Under the pieces are notes generated by a model that was not told the DNA's origin, did no database searches, and saw only the letters and a list, made by a program, of their open reading frames with translations. A stretch of 55,739 bases of DNA, from positions 1-55,739 of the forward strand of contig CAVZMS010000055.1 of the NCBI GenBank assembly GCA_963776085.1, in the 5' to 3' direction. The stretch is from an uncultured delta proteobacterium (lineage in GTDB: Bacteria; Desulfobacterota; DSM-4660; Desulfatiglandales; HGW-15). Made by a program: the position numbers and the translations under genes. Shown here in pieces: positions 43,395 to 52,450 of this stretch. Each line of letters starts with the position of its first letter. Position 1 is the first letter of the stretch.

Positions 43395-44355
43395 ATGAAA
43401 ACAATTAGATTCAAGGGATTGTTGGGGGGAATTATTCTGATCTTTGCCGGGGCCATGACATCCGGCGCTTACGATCTGCCGTCAGTCAATCTGGGCTTTA
43501 CAAGTTTTGTGGACGGAGGACCGCCGGCCGGGCCCGGTCTTTATGATACCCAGTATCTGCAATATTGGGCCTCAGACAAATTTACCGACAGTCAAGGGAA
43601 TGAGCTATTGCCCTCAACTGCCGGCGAGGATCTGGGCGCATGGATCAGCCTCACACAGTTAATCTACCAGTCTGATTCAGAGATCCTGATGGGAGGCAAA
43701 TGGGGCATGGACGTGATCATTCCCTATGTAATCCTTGATCTGAATTACAGATACTCCCGGTCCCTTTCCCGAGGATAATGGATCAGGCTTCGGGGATATC
43801 TGGATTGGGCCTTACCTGCAGTGGGACCCTGTAATGGGCGCGGATGGGCCGAGATTCATGCAGCGGGTAGAGTTTCAATCTATTTTCCCTACCGGCAAAT
43901 ATGACCGAAATCATGAACTTAACCCGGGCAGCAATTTTTTCTCATTTGATCCATACTGGTCAGGGACCCTTTTTATCACTCAGCGATTGACCGCAAGCGC
44001 CCGGATTCATTATCTGTGGAATGGCAAAAACGACAAACCCAACCGTGGTTTTGGGGGTGCCTCCGAGACACAGGCAGGGCAGGCCGTTCACGCCAACTTC
44101 GCCATGGACTATGCTATTGTTCCCAACCGCTTCCGGATAGGGATAAACGGCTATTATCTAAAACAGATCACCGATACTAAGGTAAACGGCAATGCGGTCG
44201 CAGGAAGGAGGGAACAGGTTTTCGGCATCGGACCGGGATTCGTCTATCATTTCTCCCAGGATGCGCATCTCTTCTTTAACTTCTACATTGAGACCGCAGC
44301 GGAGAATCGTCCAGAGGGTTCACGTATGAACTTAAGGTTTGTCTACCATTTTTAG
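43395..44355 (+). CDS. COG4313/SphA-type (MetA-pathway of phenol degradation family) outer-membrane channel (frameshift near 43750)
   Basis: Signal peptide, VNLGFTSFVDGGPP, GFGDI..GP..QW, FPTGKYD..NPGSN, GINGYYLKQITD, GIGPG, ENRPEG, terminal Phe. Confidence 0.85.
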
Positions 44356-44377
44356 GCAATATATATACCTTCAAGAC

Positions 44378-44406
44378 GGACGGATCGGCCGAGTGTCGAT
44401 CCGTCC
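44378..44406. terminator. GC-rich hairpin after the channel gene (terminator or stabiliser)
   Basis: GGACGGATCG / CGATCCGTCC 10-bp stem; no T tract, so function is uncertain. Confidence 0.35.
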
Positions 44407-44468
44407 ATGTGCCTCATAACGCCCATACTTTCATCATATCTTTTCTATCTATTGAACCTAAAAAATCC

Positions 44469-44510
44469 TTGACATGAATCAAAATCGTGCTAAAATAGAC
44501 GCAGTGTCTA
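44469..44510 (+). promoter_or_regulatory. Promoter of the TetR gene with overlapping palindrome (candidate operator)
   Basis: TTGACA-N16-TAAAAT with extended -10 TG; TAGACGCAGTGTCTA at 44496-44510. Confidence 0.55.
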
Positions 44511-44531
44511 AAAAGTGAAGGGTACGTCTAA

Positions 44532-45174
44532 ATGGGTATTGCCGAGAGAAGGGAAAGGGAAAAGAGAGGAAGGCAGGATCTGGCCATTAAGGCTGCGATG
44601 GAGCTCTATAATGAGGAAGGCTATCATGCCATTACTATGGAGAAGATAGCCGAGCGTTCCGAACTCAGCAGGGCCGCCCTTTACCTCTATTTCAATACCA
44701 AGGACGAGATATTCGTCAGCGCCATAGTGGCCTGCACGAATTATTTTGGAGATATCCTGCAGGAGATCTATGATCGCAGGGAATCCATCAAGGAGAGACT
44801 GACTCGAGGAACTGTGGGACTCTTTCCGTATATTCTATGAAAAAGACCCTGTTACCTTTAACGCATCCCTGTATTTTCACCAGAGCGAGATAACCCGTAA
44901 TCTCTCTGAAGAGTTGCGCGAAAGGCTCTATGAATCCGGTTCCAGGGTCGTCAGGCTGCAGCACAAGATCATCAAATACGGCGTGGACGAAGGGATCTTT
45001 ATCCAATGTAATCCCATGACCCTTACGGAGGTTATATGGGCCTGCTTTTTCGGGATCACCCAGCTTGAGAGGAGCAAGCAGGTAGTCTCTCGAAAAAACC
45101 ATCTGGACATAACGCGGGATCTTGCCATAAAGGTCCTGGCAAGAAGCATAATCCATAATGGGCCTTCTATTTGA
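44532..45174 (+). CDS. TetR/AcrR-family regulator (frameshift near 44790)
   Basis: GYHAITMEKIAERSELSRAALYLYFNTKDEIF HTH; C-terminal GVDEGIF in 44914-45174. Confidence 0.9.
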
Positions 45175-45218
45175 ACATATCATTTTTTCAAAGGCGTGAA
45201 TTGTTATGGAACTGATTT

Positions 45219-45383
45219 TTGATAAACTCGTAAAAGCCGTCACTCCGGTGAACCCCGGATCGTAGTCCGGGGCAGGAACCGGAATCAAGTATTATCAACT
45301 ATTCCCTAGATTCCCCCGTATCCGGTACGGGGCAGGCTAAGTCAAGCCCGGAATGACGAATAAAGGAGTTATGCAAAGGTCTC
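45219..45383. repeat. MITE/REP-like palindromic element
   Basis: Left end matches the reverse complement of 5678-5715; hairpins CCCCGGA..TCCGGGG and CCCCGTA..TACGGGG; GGAATGAC motif; ends TTATGCAAAGGTCTC. Confidence 0.65.
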
Positions 45384-45433
45384 AAGACGCCGTTAAATAT
45401 GTTCAGAAAATTTCTAATGAATGGAGGTTAATC

Positions 45434-46892
45434 ATGGACATTAAAGCGAAATTGTCCAAAATCGTCGGAGAAAAGAACTTCTCCGATGATCCTAAGGAGT
45501 TGCAGGCCTATGCGACCGATTTCAGTTACACCCCTGCCGGAATGCCCAACTATGTTGTGAAACCGGCAAGTTCCGAGGAGGTCTCGGCGGTTATAAAGGT
45601 CTGCAATGAAAACAGCATCCCTGTCGTGCCGTGCAGTTCCAAGGTCCATTTCTACGGCGCCACCATCCCGAAAGAGGGCGGCGTGGTCCTTGACCTGTCC
45701 AGGATGGACAAGATCCTGGAGATCGATTCGGATAACAGGCGGGTAAGGTTTGAGGCGGGTGTTACCTGGAAAAAGCTGACAGAGACGCTCAAAAAGAAGG
45801 GTCACAGGGTAATTATGCCCCTGACGCCTCCTGCCGAGCGCTCCGTGCTTACCGATTTTCTGGAACGTGAAGAGCCGACCAACCAGGTGTATGATTACGG
45901 CGAGCCCCTTGAGGCCATGGAGGTGGTATGGCCCACCGGCGAGATATTCAGGATGGGTTCCGCGAGCGTGAACGGCTATCCTGATTCCATGTCAAAGGGC
46001 GGCAATCCTTCAGGGCCCGGTCTTGATTTTTACAGGTTTTTCCAGTGCGCCCAGGGGACAATGGGCGTGGTTACATGGACCAACCTGAAGATAGAATCCA
46101 TCCCAAGGATGGATAAGATACTCTTTGCGCCGCTTACGGATCTCGATTACGGCATCGATTTCCTGTATCGAATACTGCCCAGGAGGATCGGCCAGGAGGT
46201 CCTGCTTTTGAACAATGTGGATCTCGCGGCAATCCTGGCGGAGGAATGGCCTGATGATTTTGAAAGACTGGCGGCCGAGCTGCCGCCCTGGACCCTGATC
46301 CTGGTTATCAGCGGCCTCTTGAGACGTCCTGAAGAAAAGATCGCCTACGAAGAGAAGTTCCTGGCCCAGGTAATTAAGAATGAATTTCCTGACCTGCAGC
46401 TGGGCGAGAACCTCCCGGGCTTCCCGGGCCTGAGAAAAAGGCTTCTGCCCATCCTGCGCAACCCCTGGCCGTCGGATGTGCCCTATTGGAAAAACAGCGT
46501 CAGGGGCGCGTGCCAGAGCCTCTTCTTCCATACCAGACCCAATCTTGTTTCATCATTCATGGCAATAGTGGAAGAGATAGCCGCGCAGTACGGCTACCCG
46601 ATCAGTGAAATCGGGATGTATCTCCAGCCGATTGAACACAACAGGGCCATGAGGCCGGAGTTCAATTTCTTCTATGATCCTGAGGACCCGGAAGAGACGG
46701 CCATGGTGGCCGCACTTTACAATGACGCGGCAAAGGCGCTCCTCGCTGAGGGCGCGGTGTTTACAAGGCCCTACGGGGATCTGGCCTCTATCGTTTATGA
46801 AAAGGCAGCGGGCTACGCCAGGCGCGCTCAAGAGGCTGAAGAAGGTTTTTGATCCGAATAACATTATGAATCCCGGCAACTTGTGCTTCTAA
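45434..46892 (+). CDS. FAD-binding oxidoreductase, VAO/PCMH (GlcD-like) family (frameshift near 46820)
   Basis: VVKPASSEEVS, GGVVLDLSRMDKILEID, MEVVWPTGE, AQGTMGVVT, C-terminal FDPNNIMNPG; GGAGG RBS. Confidence 0.88.
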
Positions 46893-46905
46893 GGAGGGAG
46901 AGAGA

Positions 46906-48232
46906 ATGGCTAAGAAACTAAAAGTAAGATACTACAAACCAAAGGCGGATATAGCTCTGGATATAAACGATATCCAGAATTTTGTATATGACATGAGCCG
47001 TTGCATCAAGTGCAAGGGTTGCACATGGGTGGATCATACCTATATGCCGGGCGCGAGGTTCATGACAAGATGCCCGAGCGCGACCATGTACGAGTTTGAC
47101 GCATACGGGGCATATGGAAAGATGCGGATCGGCCATGCCATGGCAGAGGGCGTGCTTGGCTGGAATGAAAAGGCCCTTGAGATCATCTATGCCTGCACCC
47201 TGTGCGGGGCATGCGACGCGGGATGCAAGCGGAACCTTGATCTGGAGGTCGAGCTGACCCTTGAATCGCTCAGGGTGAAGGCCGTGAAAGACGGCGTAGG
47301 CCCTATGCCCGCCCACAAGAAGGTCGCTGACAACATAATCAAGAAACATAACTGTTTCGGGGCGCCTCACAAGGATCGGACGGCGATGGATTCCAAAGGG
47401 AATCACCCCCTCCAAAAAGGCCGATATGGTCTATTTTGCCGGCTGCTACGCCTCCTATGTGAACAAGGAGATCGCTCAATCACCGTCAAGATATTCAAGG
47501 CCGCCGGAACGGAATTCATGCTGCTGCCGGATGAGTGGTGCTGCGGCAATATCCTTTTCTCCGTGGGCATGGTCGATGAGGCCACGTGCACTGGCCCAGA
47601 GAAACGTGGAAGAGATGAGGAAGACCGGCGCCAAGACCCTTATCACCAGTTGCGCCGAGGGCTACAGGATGTGGAAGGTGGATTATCCCAAACTCCTCAA
47701 TATCCCCACGGAAGAACTCGGGTTCAAGGTCCTTCATCTGGTTGAGTATGTCGATGAGATGATCAAGGCCGGCAAGCTCAAGATGAAAAAGCCGTTTGAA
47801 TCGCGTGTGACCTACCATGACGCCTGCAGCCTCAGCCGTTTAAGCGAACCATGGACGCCGTGGAAGGGAAAGCGCGGCTGGATGGGCTGCGTGGAGCCAA
47901 GGCTCAAGAGGCGCCGGGCAACCAACGGGATTTATTCCCAGCCGAGGGATATCCTTAAGGCAATACCCGGCGTGAACCTGGTGGAGATGAAGAGGATCAG
48001 GGAAAACGCCTACTGCTGCGGCGCGGGCCGTGGGACAAAGGAGGCCTTTCCTGAATTTGCAGAGTTTTCGGCGAACCATCGGCTGGAAGAGATCAAGGAG
48101 GTCGGGGCGGAGACGCTGGTGACGGCATGTCCCATGTGTAAAAACAATTTCACCCAGGTCGTCAAAGAAAACGGCGATGATGTGCAGGTCCTGGATATCT
48201 CGGAAGTCATTTGCGCATCCATTAAAGGTTAG
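46906..48232 (+). CDS. Fe-S oxidoreductase, GlcF/HdrD-like (2x[4Fe-4S] plus two CCG domains), several indels
   Basis: CIKCKGC..CP, CTLCGACDAGC, YFAGC, WCCG, TSCAEG, TYHDAC, YCCG, TACPMC. Confidence 0.88.
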
Positions 48233-48249
48233 GATTAAGGAGGAATACT

Positions 48250-49853
48250 ATGGCGATATCCAAAGAAATTTATAATGTACTGGAATCCATTGTAGGGCCC
48301 GGATATATCTCCGATGATCCCGTTATCTGCGAGTCTTACAGGAGCGGTCCGGGAGGTTATGAAAGCGGTCTGGGCTATGAACGCGTGATGACCACTATCC
48401 CGGGCTGCGTCATTATGCCCCGCACCACGGAAGAGGTCCAGAAGATAGTCAAGGTCTGTTACCGCAATGACATCCCTTATGTGCCTTACAGCACCGGATT
48501 TTACGGGCCGAGATCCCATCCCCATGTCGAGGACGCCCTTCTGATCGATCTGAAGCGCATGAATGATTTCTTCATCGATGAGAAGCACTTCTTTATTGAT
48601 GTGGGTCCCGGCATGATCTATTCGCCGATCCAGCAGGAATGTATGGATCACGGGGCATACGTGGTAATCGGTGGCGGCGGCGCCCAGGCCTCGGCCATCG
48701 CCAACCTGATCGGAGACGGGTGGTCTCCGCTCAGCCACCGCATAGGCCTTCCTCACCGCCGCATCCTGGGCACGGAGGTGGTCCTGCCTGACGGTGAGTT
48801 GCTCAAGACCGGATCTCTTGCCACGGGCGACGATCCCTTCTGGGGGGAGTGCCCGGGACCGGACCTAAGAGGTCTTCTCAGGGGGTATACCGGCGTGCGC
48901 GGCTGTCTGGGGATAGTCACCCGGATGGCCATCAAGACCCTTCCGTTCCAGCCCGAACGCCTGGAACCTACAGGCATTACGCCCAATACCGCCCTCGCCT
49001 TGCCTGAGAAACGGGTAAAGTGGATCAATTATCGTCGTGCCTTCCAAGGAGGCCCAGGTAAAGGCCATGTTTGAGATAGGCAAGGCAGAGATAGCCGGGG
49101 CCGTGACCAAGGTGCCCCTGTTCTGGCGGTCTATTGCCAAGGCGGAGGACAAGGAGCATTTCTGGGAGCTGTGGGGCAAGGAGAACGAGAAGACGCGTTG
49201 CCAACTTCTTTATCGTCCGGGTCCTTCTGATCGGCTACACCTCAGAGGAACAGATGGAATATGACGAGCGGGTCCTTGAGGACATCATGAAGGAAGTCGG
49301 CGGAGAGGCCCATCGCACCAAGCCTTCCGATGAATCCTGGATCAAGAACGCCGACTCGGCCGGCATGTGGCTCATGTGCGGAGGGTATGTCTCAGTGGAT
49401 TATGTTATCGAGACACTGTCCCAGGCAACGGAGCACGGGCCTGTCTACGCGGACCTGAAGAAGAAATACACGCCGCCCCTGATGCCTGATTACGGCGATC
49501 CCGGCTGGTTCCAGAGCTTCGAGCTGGGTCACCAGGGCTACTCGGAATTTCTGATTTACTGGGATCAGGATGATGACACGGACAAGGTGGACCAGTTCTA
49601 TCTGGACACATCCAAGATGAACATCGATCATCGTTTCTATACCTCTTTACTGGGCCCCCATCAGCCGATGTATCTGACCGGTCCGAAATACGGTCCCAAT
49701 TACCATAAATATATGCTGAAGGTGAAGAACGAGTTTGATCCCAAATGGATGTCGCATCCGCCGGTTCCTCTTGCCCACGATGTCTTCGTGGAACGGGCGC
49801 CCTGGATGCATGATATGAAGGACTGGGAATCACCGGACGATCTGCCCAAGTAG
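48250..49853 (+). CDS. Second FAD-binding oxidoreductase, VAO/PCMH family (two indels)
   Basis: VIMPRTTEEVQKIV, LIDLKRMN, ILGTEVVLPDGE, GPDLRGL, GCLGIVT, KVKNEFDP. Confidence 0.85.
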
Positions 49854-49859
49854 ATTATA

Positions 49860-49893
49860 AAAAGAGCCACGGACTTTGGTCCGGGGCTCTTTT
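49860..49893. terminator. Intrinsic, possibly bidirectional terminator
   Basis: AAAAGAGCC-A-CGGAC tttg GTCCG-G-GGCTCTTTT immediately after the stop codon. Confidence 0.75.
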
Positions 49894-50038
49894 AATCCCA
49901 GGTGTTTCATACCGCTGGTATAGTCCCGATGGCAGCCTCACGCCGTCGCAGATAGCAGACAGATTCATCTGAATTTCCTTGAGAGTGGATATGTGAAGAA
50001 GTCGAATGTCGCAGCCGGGTATCTAGGTTTGAAAAGTC

Positions 50039-50094
50039 TTGACAAAATCGGGTGATTATTTTTTAATTTGTAACGTTACTTACCAGTCAGTAAC
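50039..50094 (+). promoter_or_regulatory. Promoter plus palindromic candidate operator upstream of the molybdoenzyme operon
   Basis: TTGACA-N17-TTTAAT; GTTACT-TACCAGTC-AGTAAC at 50075-50094. Confidence 0.5.
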
Positions 50095-50239
50095 ATCGTA
50101 TGTAGAGCGTGCAGATTGGCTGAGCCAATGAAGGATTGGGAAGGGCCTGAAGCAACCAAAAAACCCAAGTCCTGTTGACATATAGTCGTAATGGGATTAT
50201 TTCATTGCTGTAATCGAATAGAAGTGGAGGAAACGGTCA

Positions 50240-50464
50240 GTGGCTAAAACAAAGATGTTATGTGTCTTCTCCGGCAACCTGTGCAGGGAATGCGCCTTAT
50301 ACAGAGGTAGACACTACTATATATGCTTCCGCGATAGTTACCGGGGTTACCTGTGTAAACCGGGAGAGGTTTCTGATACCATTGCTCCTCCCACCCCGGG
50401 GCCAAGCCGCAATCATAAATTTGAGACACCCCATATTAAACCAAGAAATGCTATAGACTTGTAA
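50240..50464 (+). CDS. Small Cys-rich hypothetical protein
   Basis: GGAGG RBS and GTG start; CVFSGNLCRECALYRGRHYYIC. Confidence 0.6.
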   Translation: MAKTKMLCVFSGNLCRECALYRGRHYYICFRDSYRGYLCKPGEVSDTIAPPTPGPSRNHKFETPHIKPRNAIDL

Positions 50465-50502
50465 GCCATAATCACTAAAGAAAGAGAGGAGGAGTTATAA
50501 AA

Positions 50503-50961
50503 ATGCTTATTGAAGGAAAATTCACCTTAAAAGCGCCTATTCAGAAGGTATGGGACTTCCTGCTCGAGCCGGGAACACTGGTTTCGTGTATTCCCGGCGC
50601 AGAAAAGATGGTGGCCATTGATGACAAGACCTGGGAGGGCATCATCAAGCAGAAGGTAGGGCCCATCAGCGTCAAGCTCCAGTTTACCCAAACCTTCGCC
50701 GAGGTTGAGCCGCCCAAACACCTTAAAGCGATAGGACGGGGCTCTGCTCTCGGCGGTTTGGGCACCTTTACCCAGGAAAGTATAGTAAACCTGACAGAGG
50801 TGGCCAAAGATGAGGTAGAGGTATCCTACAAAGCCAATGTAAGCCTGGTGGGGCGATTGTCTACCTTCGGTGAAAGAATAATGCGAGCCAAAGTCGATAG
50901 TACAAGCGCAGAGTTCACCAATAACTTACAGAAAAAACTGGCCGAAGTACAGAGTATATAG
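50503..50961 (+). CDS. coxG: CoxG/SRPBCC-family protein
   Basis: APIQKVWDFLLEP..CIPG..KVGPIS..GRLSTFGERIM. Confidence 0.85.
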   Translation: MLIEGKFTLKAPIQKVWDFLLEPGTLVSCIPGAEKMVAIDDKTWEGIIKQKVGPISVKLQFTQTFAEVEPPKHLKAIGRGSALGGLGTFTQESIVNLTEVAKDEVEVSYKANVSLVGRLSTFGERIMRAKVDSTSAEFTNNLQKKLAEVQSI

Positions 50962-51037
50962 GATAGGCATATAAGCTTAAGTAGAAACGAAGGCTTAAAG
51001 TGATGAAAACTATTACATCAGGGAGGTTCAACCTGTA

Positions 51038-51925
51038 ATGAAGAATATCATCTTTGATTTCGAGTACTTTGCCCCTAAAACACTTGAGGAAGCTCTGACG
51101 TTGCTTTCTCAATATGATGAGGAGGAACGTAAAGTAATTGCCGGGGGACAATCTTTACTCATCATGATGAGGCAAAGGTTAATTACGCCTAAATATCTAA
51201 TTGATATTAAAGGCATATCGGATCTGGATTACATTAAATTCGATAAAAAAGAAGGTCTAAAAATTGGGGCCTTAACCACTCATCGATCTGTCGAGAAATC
51301 ACCGGTTATCCAAAAAGAGTTCAGCGTATTATCTGAGATGGAACAAAATTTATCCAATGTGGAAACCCGGAACTGGGGTACCATAGGCGGCGATATTGCC
51401 CATGCTGACCCGTGTGGAGACCCGGCTCCAGTACTGATTGCCCTGAATGCAAAGATAAAGATGACCGGCTTAAGTGGAGAGAGAACCGTGGATGCTGAAG
51501 ATTTTACTTTGGACTTTTATGAGACAGTACTCCAACACGATGAACTGCTTACTGAGATTCAGGTGCGGACTCTGCCGCCTAATACCGGCGTTAAATTCAC
51601 TAAATTTAACCAGATAATAGGGGATCTCGCCCTCGCATCAGTTGCGATGTCAATTACCCTTGATGAAAATAAGAAGACATGTAGTGATGTCAGAATAGCC
51701 CTTGGCGGCGTGGCCCCTGCCCCTATGAGGGCAAAAAAGGCCGAGGATATTCTAAAGGGTAAAAAGATCAGCGACGCCCTGCTTGCTGAGGCAGGTCAGG
51801 CAGCTTCGGAGGAGGCTAGTCCCACCGCAGATATTCAAGCATCGGAGGAATACAGAAGAGAATTGGTAAAGGTCCTGGTAAAGCGGGTGGGGAGCGAAGC
51901 CTTAGCCAGAGCTAAGAAGGCTTAA
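51038..51925 (+). CDS. Xanthine-dehydrogenase-family FAD (medium, CoxM/CutM-like) subunit
   Basis: FEYFAPKTLEEA, IAGGQSL, IGALTT, RNWGTIGG, ASEEYRR. Confidence 0.92.
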   Translation: MKNIIFDFEYFAPKTLEEALTLLSQYDEEERKVIAGGQSLLIMMRQRLITPKYLIDIKGISDLDYIKFDKKEGLKIGALTTHRSVEKSPVIQKEFSVLSEMEQNLSNVETRNWGTIGGDIAHADPCGDPAPVLIALNAKIKMTGLSGERTVDAEDFTLDFYETVLQHDELLTEIQVRTLPPNTGVKFTKFNQIIGDLALASVAMSITLDENKKTCSDVRIALGGVAPAPMRAKKAEDILKGKKISDALLAEAGQAASEEASPTADIQASEEYRRELVKVLVKRVGSEALARAKKA

Positions 51926-51955
51926 TTTCATTTCATTAAGACAAGGAGGTTAGCT

Positions 51956-52450
51956 GTGAAGAAACAGTTGAAGTTTATAGTGAATGGGAATCCTTACGAT
52001 ATCTGGATAGAGCCTAAGCTTCTTTTAGTTCAGGTCTTGAGAGATGAGTTAGGGTTAAAGGGAACCCATAGGCTTGTGATGAAGGCTGTTGTTGTGTTTG
52101 TACTGTTAATATTGACGGAAAGGCGGTCAAATCCTGCTCCGTACTTGCTATGCAGGCAAACGGGAAAGAGGTCTTGACCATTGAAGGCATGGCAAATGGT
52201 GCCGGAATTACATCCGATTCAGCAGGCTTTTATTGATAACTGGGCCTTCCAATGCGGATTTTGCACCTCAGGACAGATTATGGCATCTAATGCGCTATTG
52301 AAGGAGAATCCCAACCCAACAAGGGAGGAGATCCAGATGGCAATGGATGGCCATCTATGCCGCTGTACAGGGTACAATATGATAAATGAAGCCATACGAG
52401 ATGCAGCAGGAAGATTGCAGGCGCAAAAGTCACAGGAGAAGGCAAAATGA
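51956..52450 (+). CDS. Xanthine-dehydrogenase-family 2x[2Fe-2S] (small, CoxS-like) subunit (two indels)
   Basis: Reconstructed CDEGCCCVCTV..KSC..TIEG; QCGFCTSG and LCRCTGY. Confidence 0.9.
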
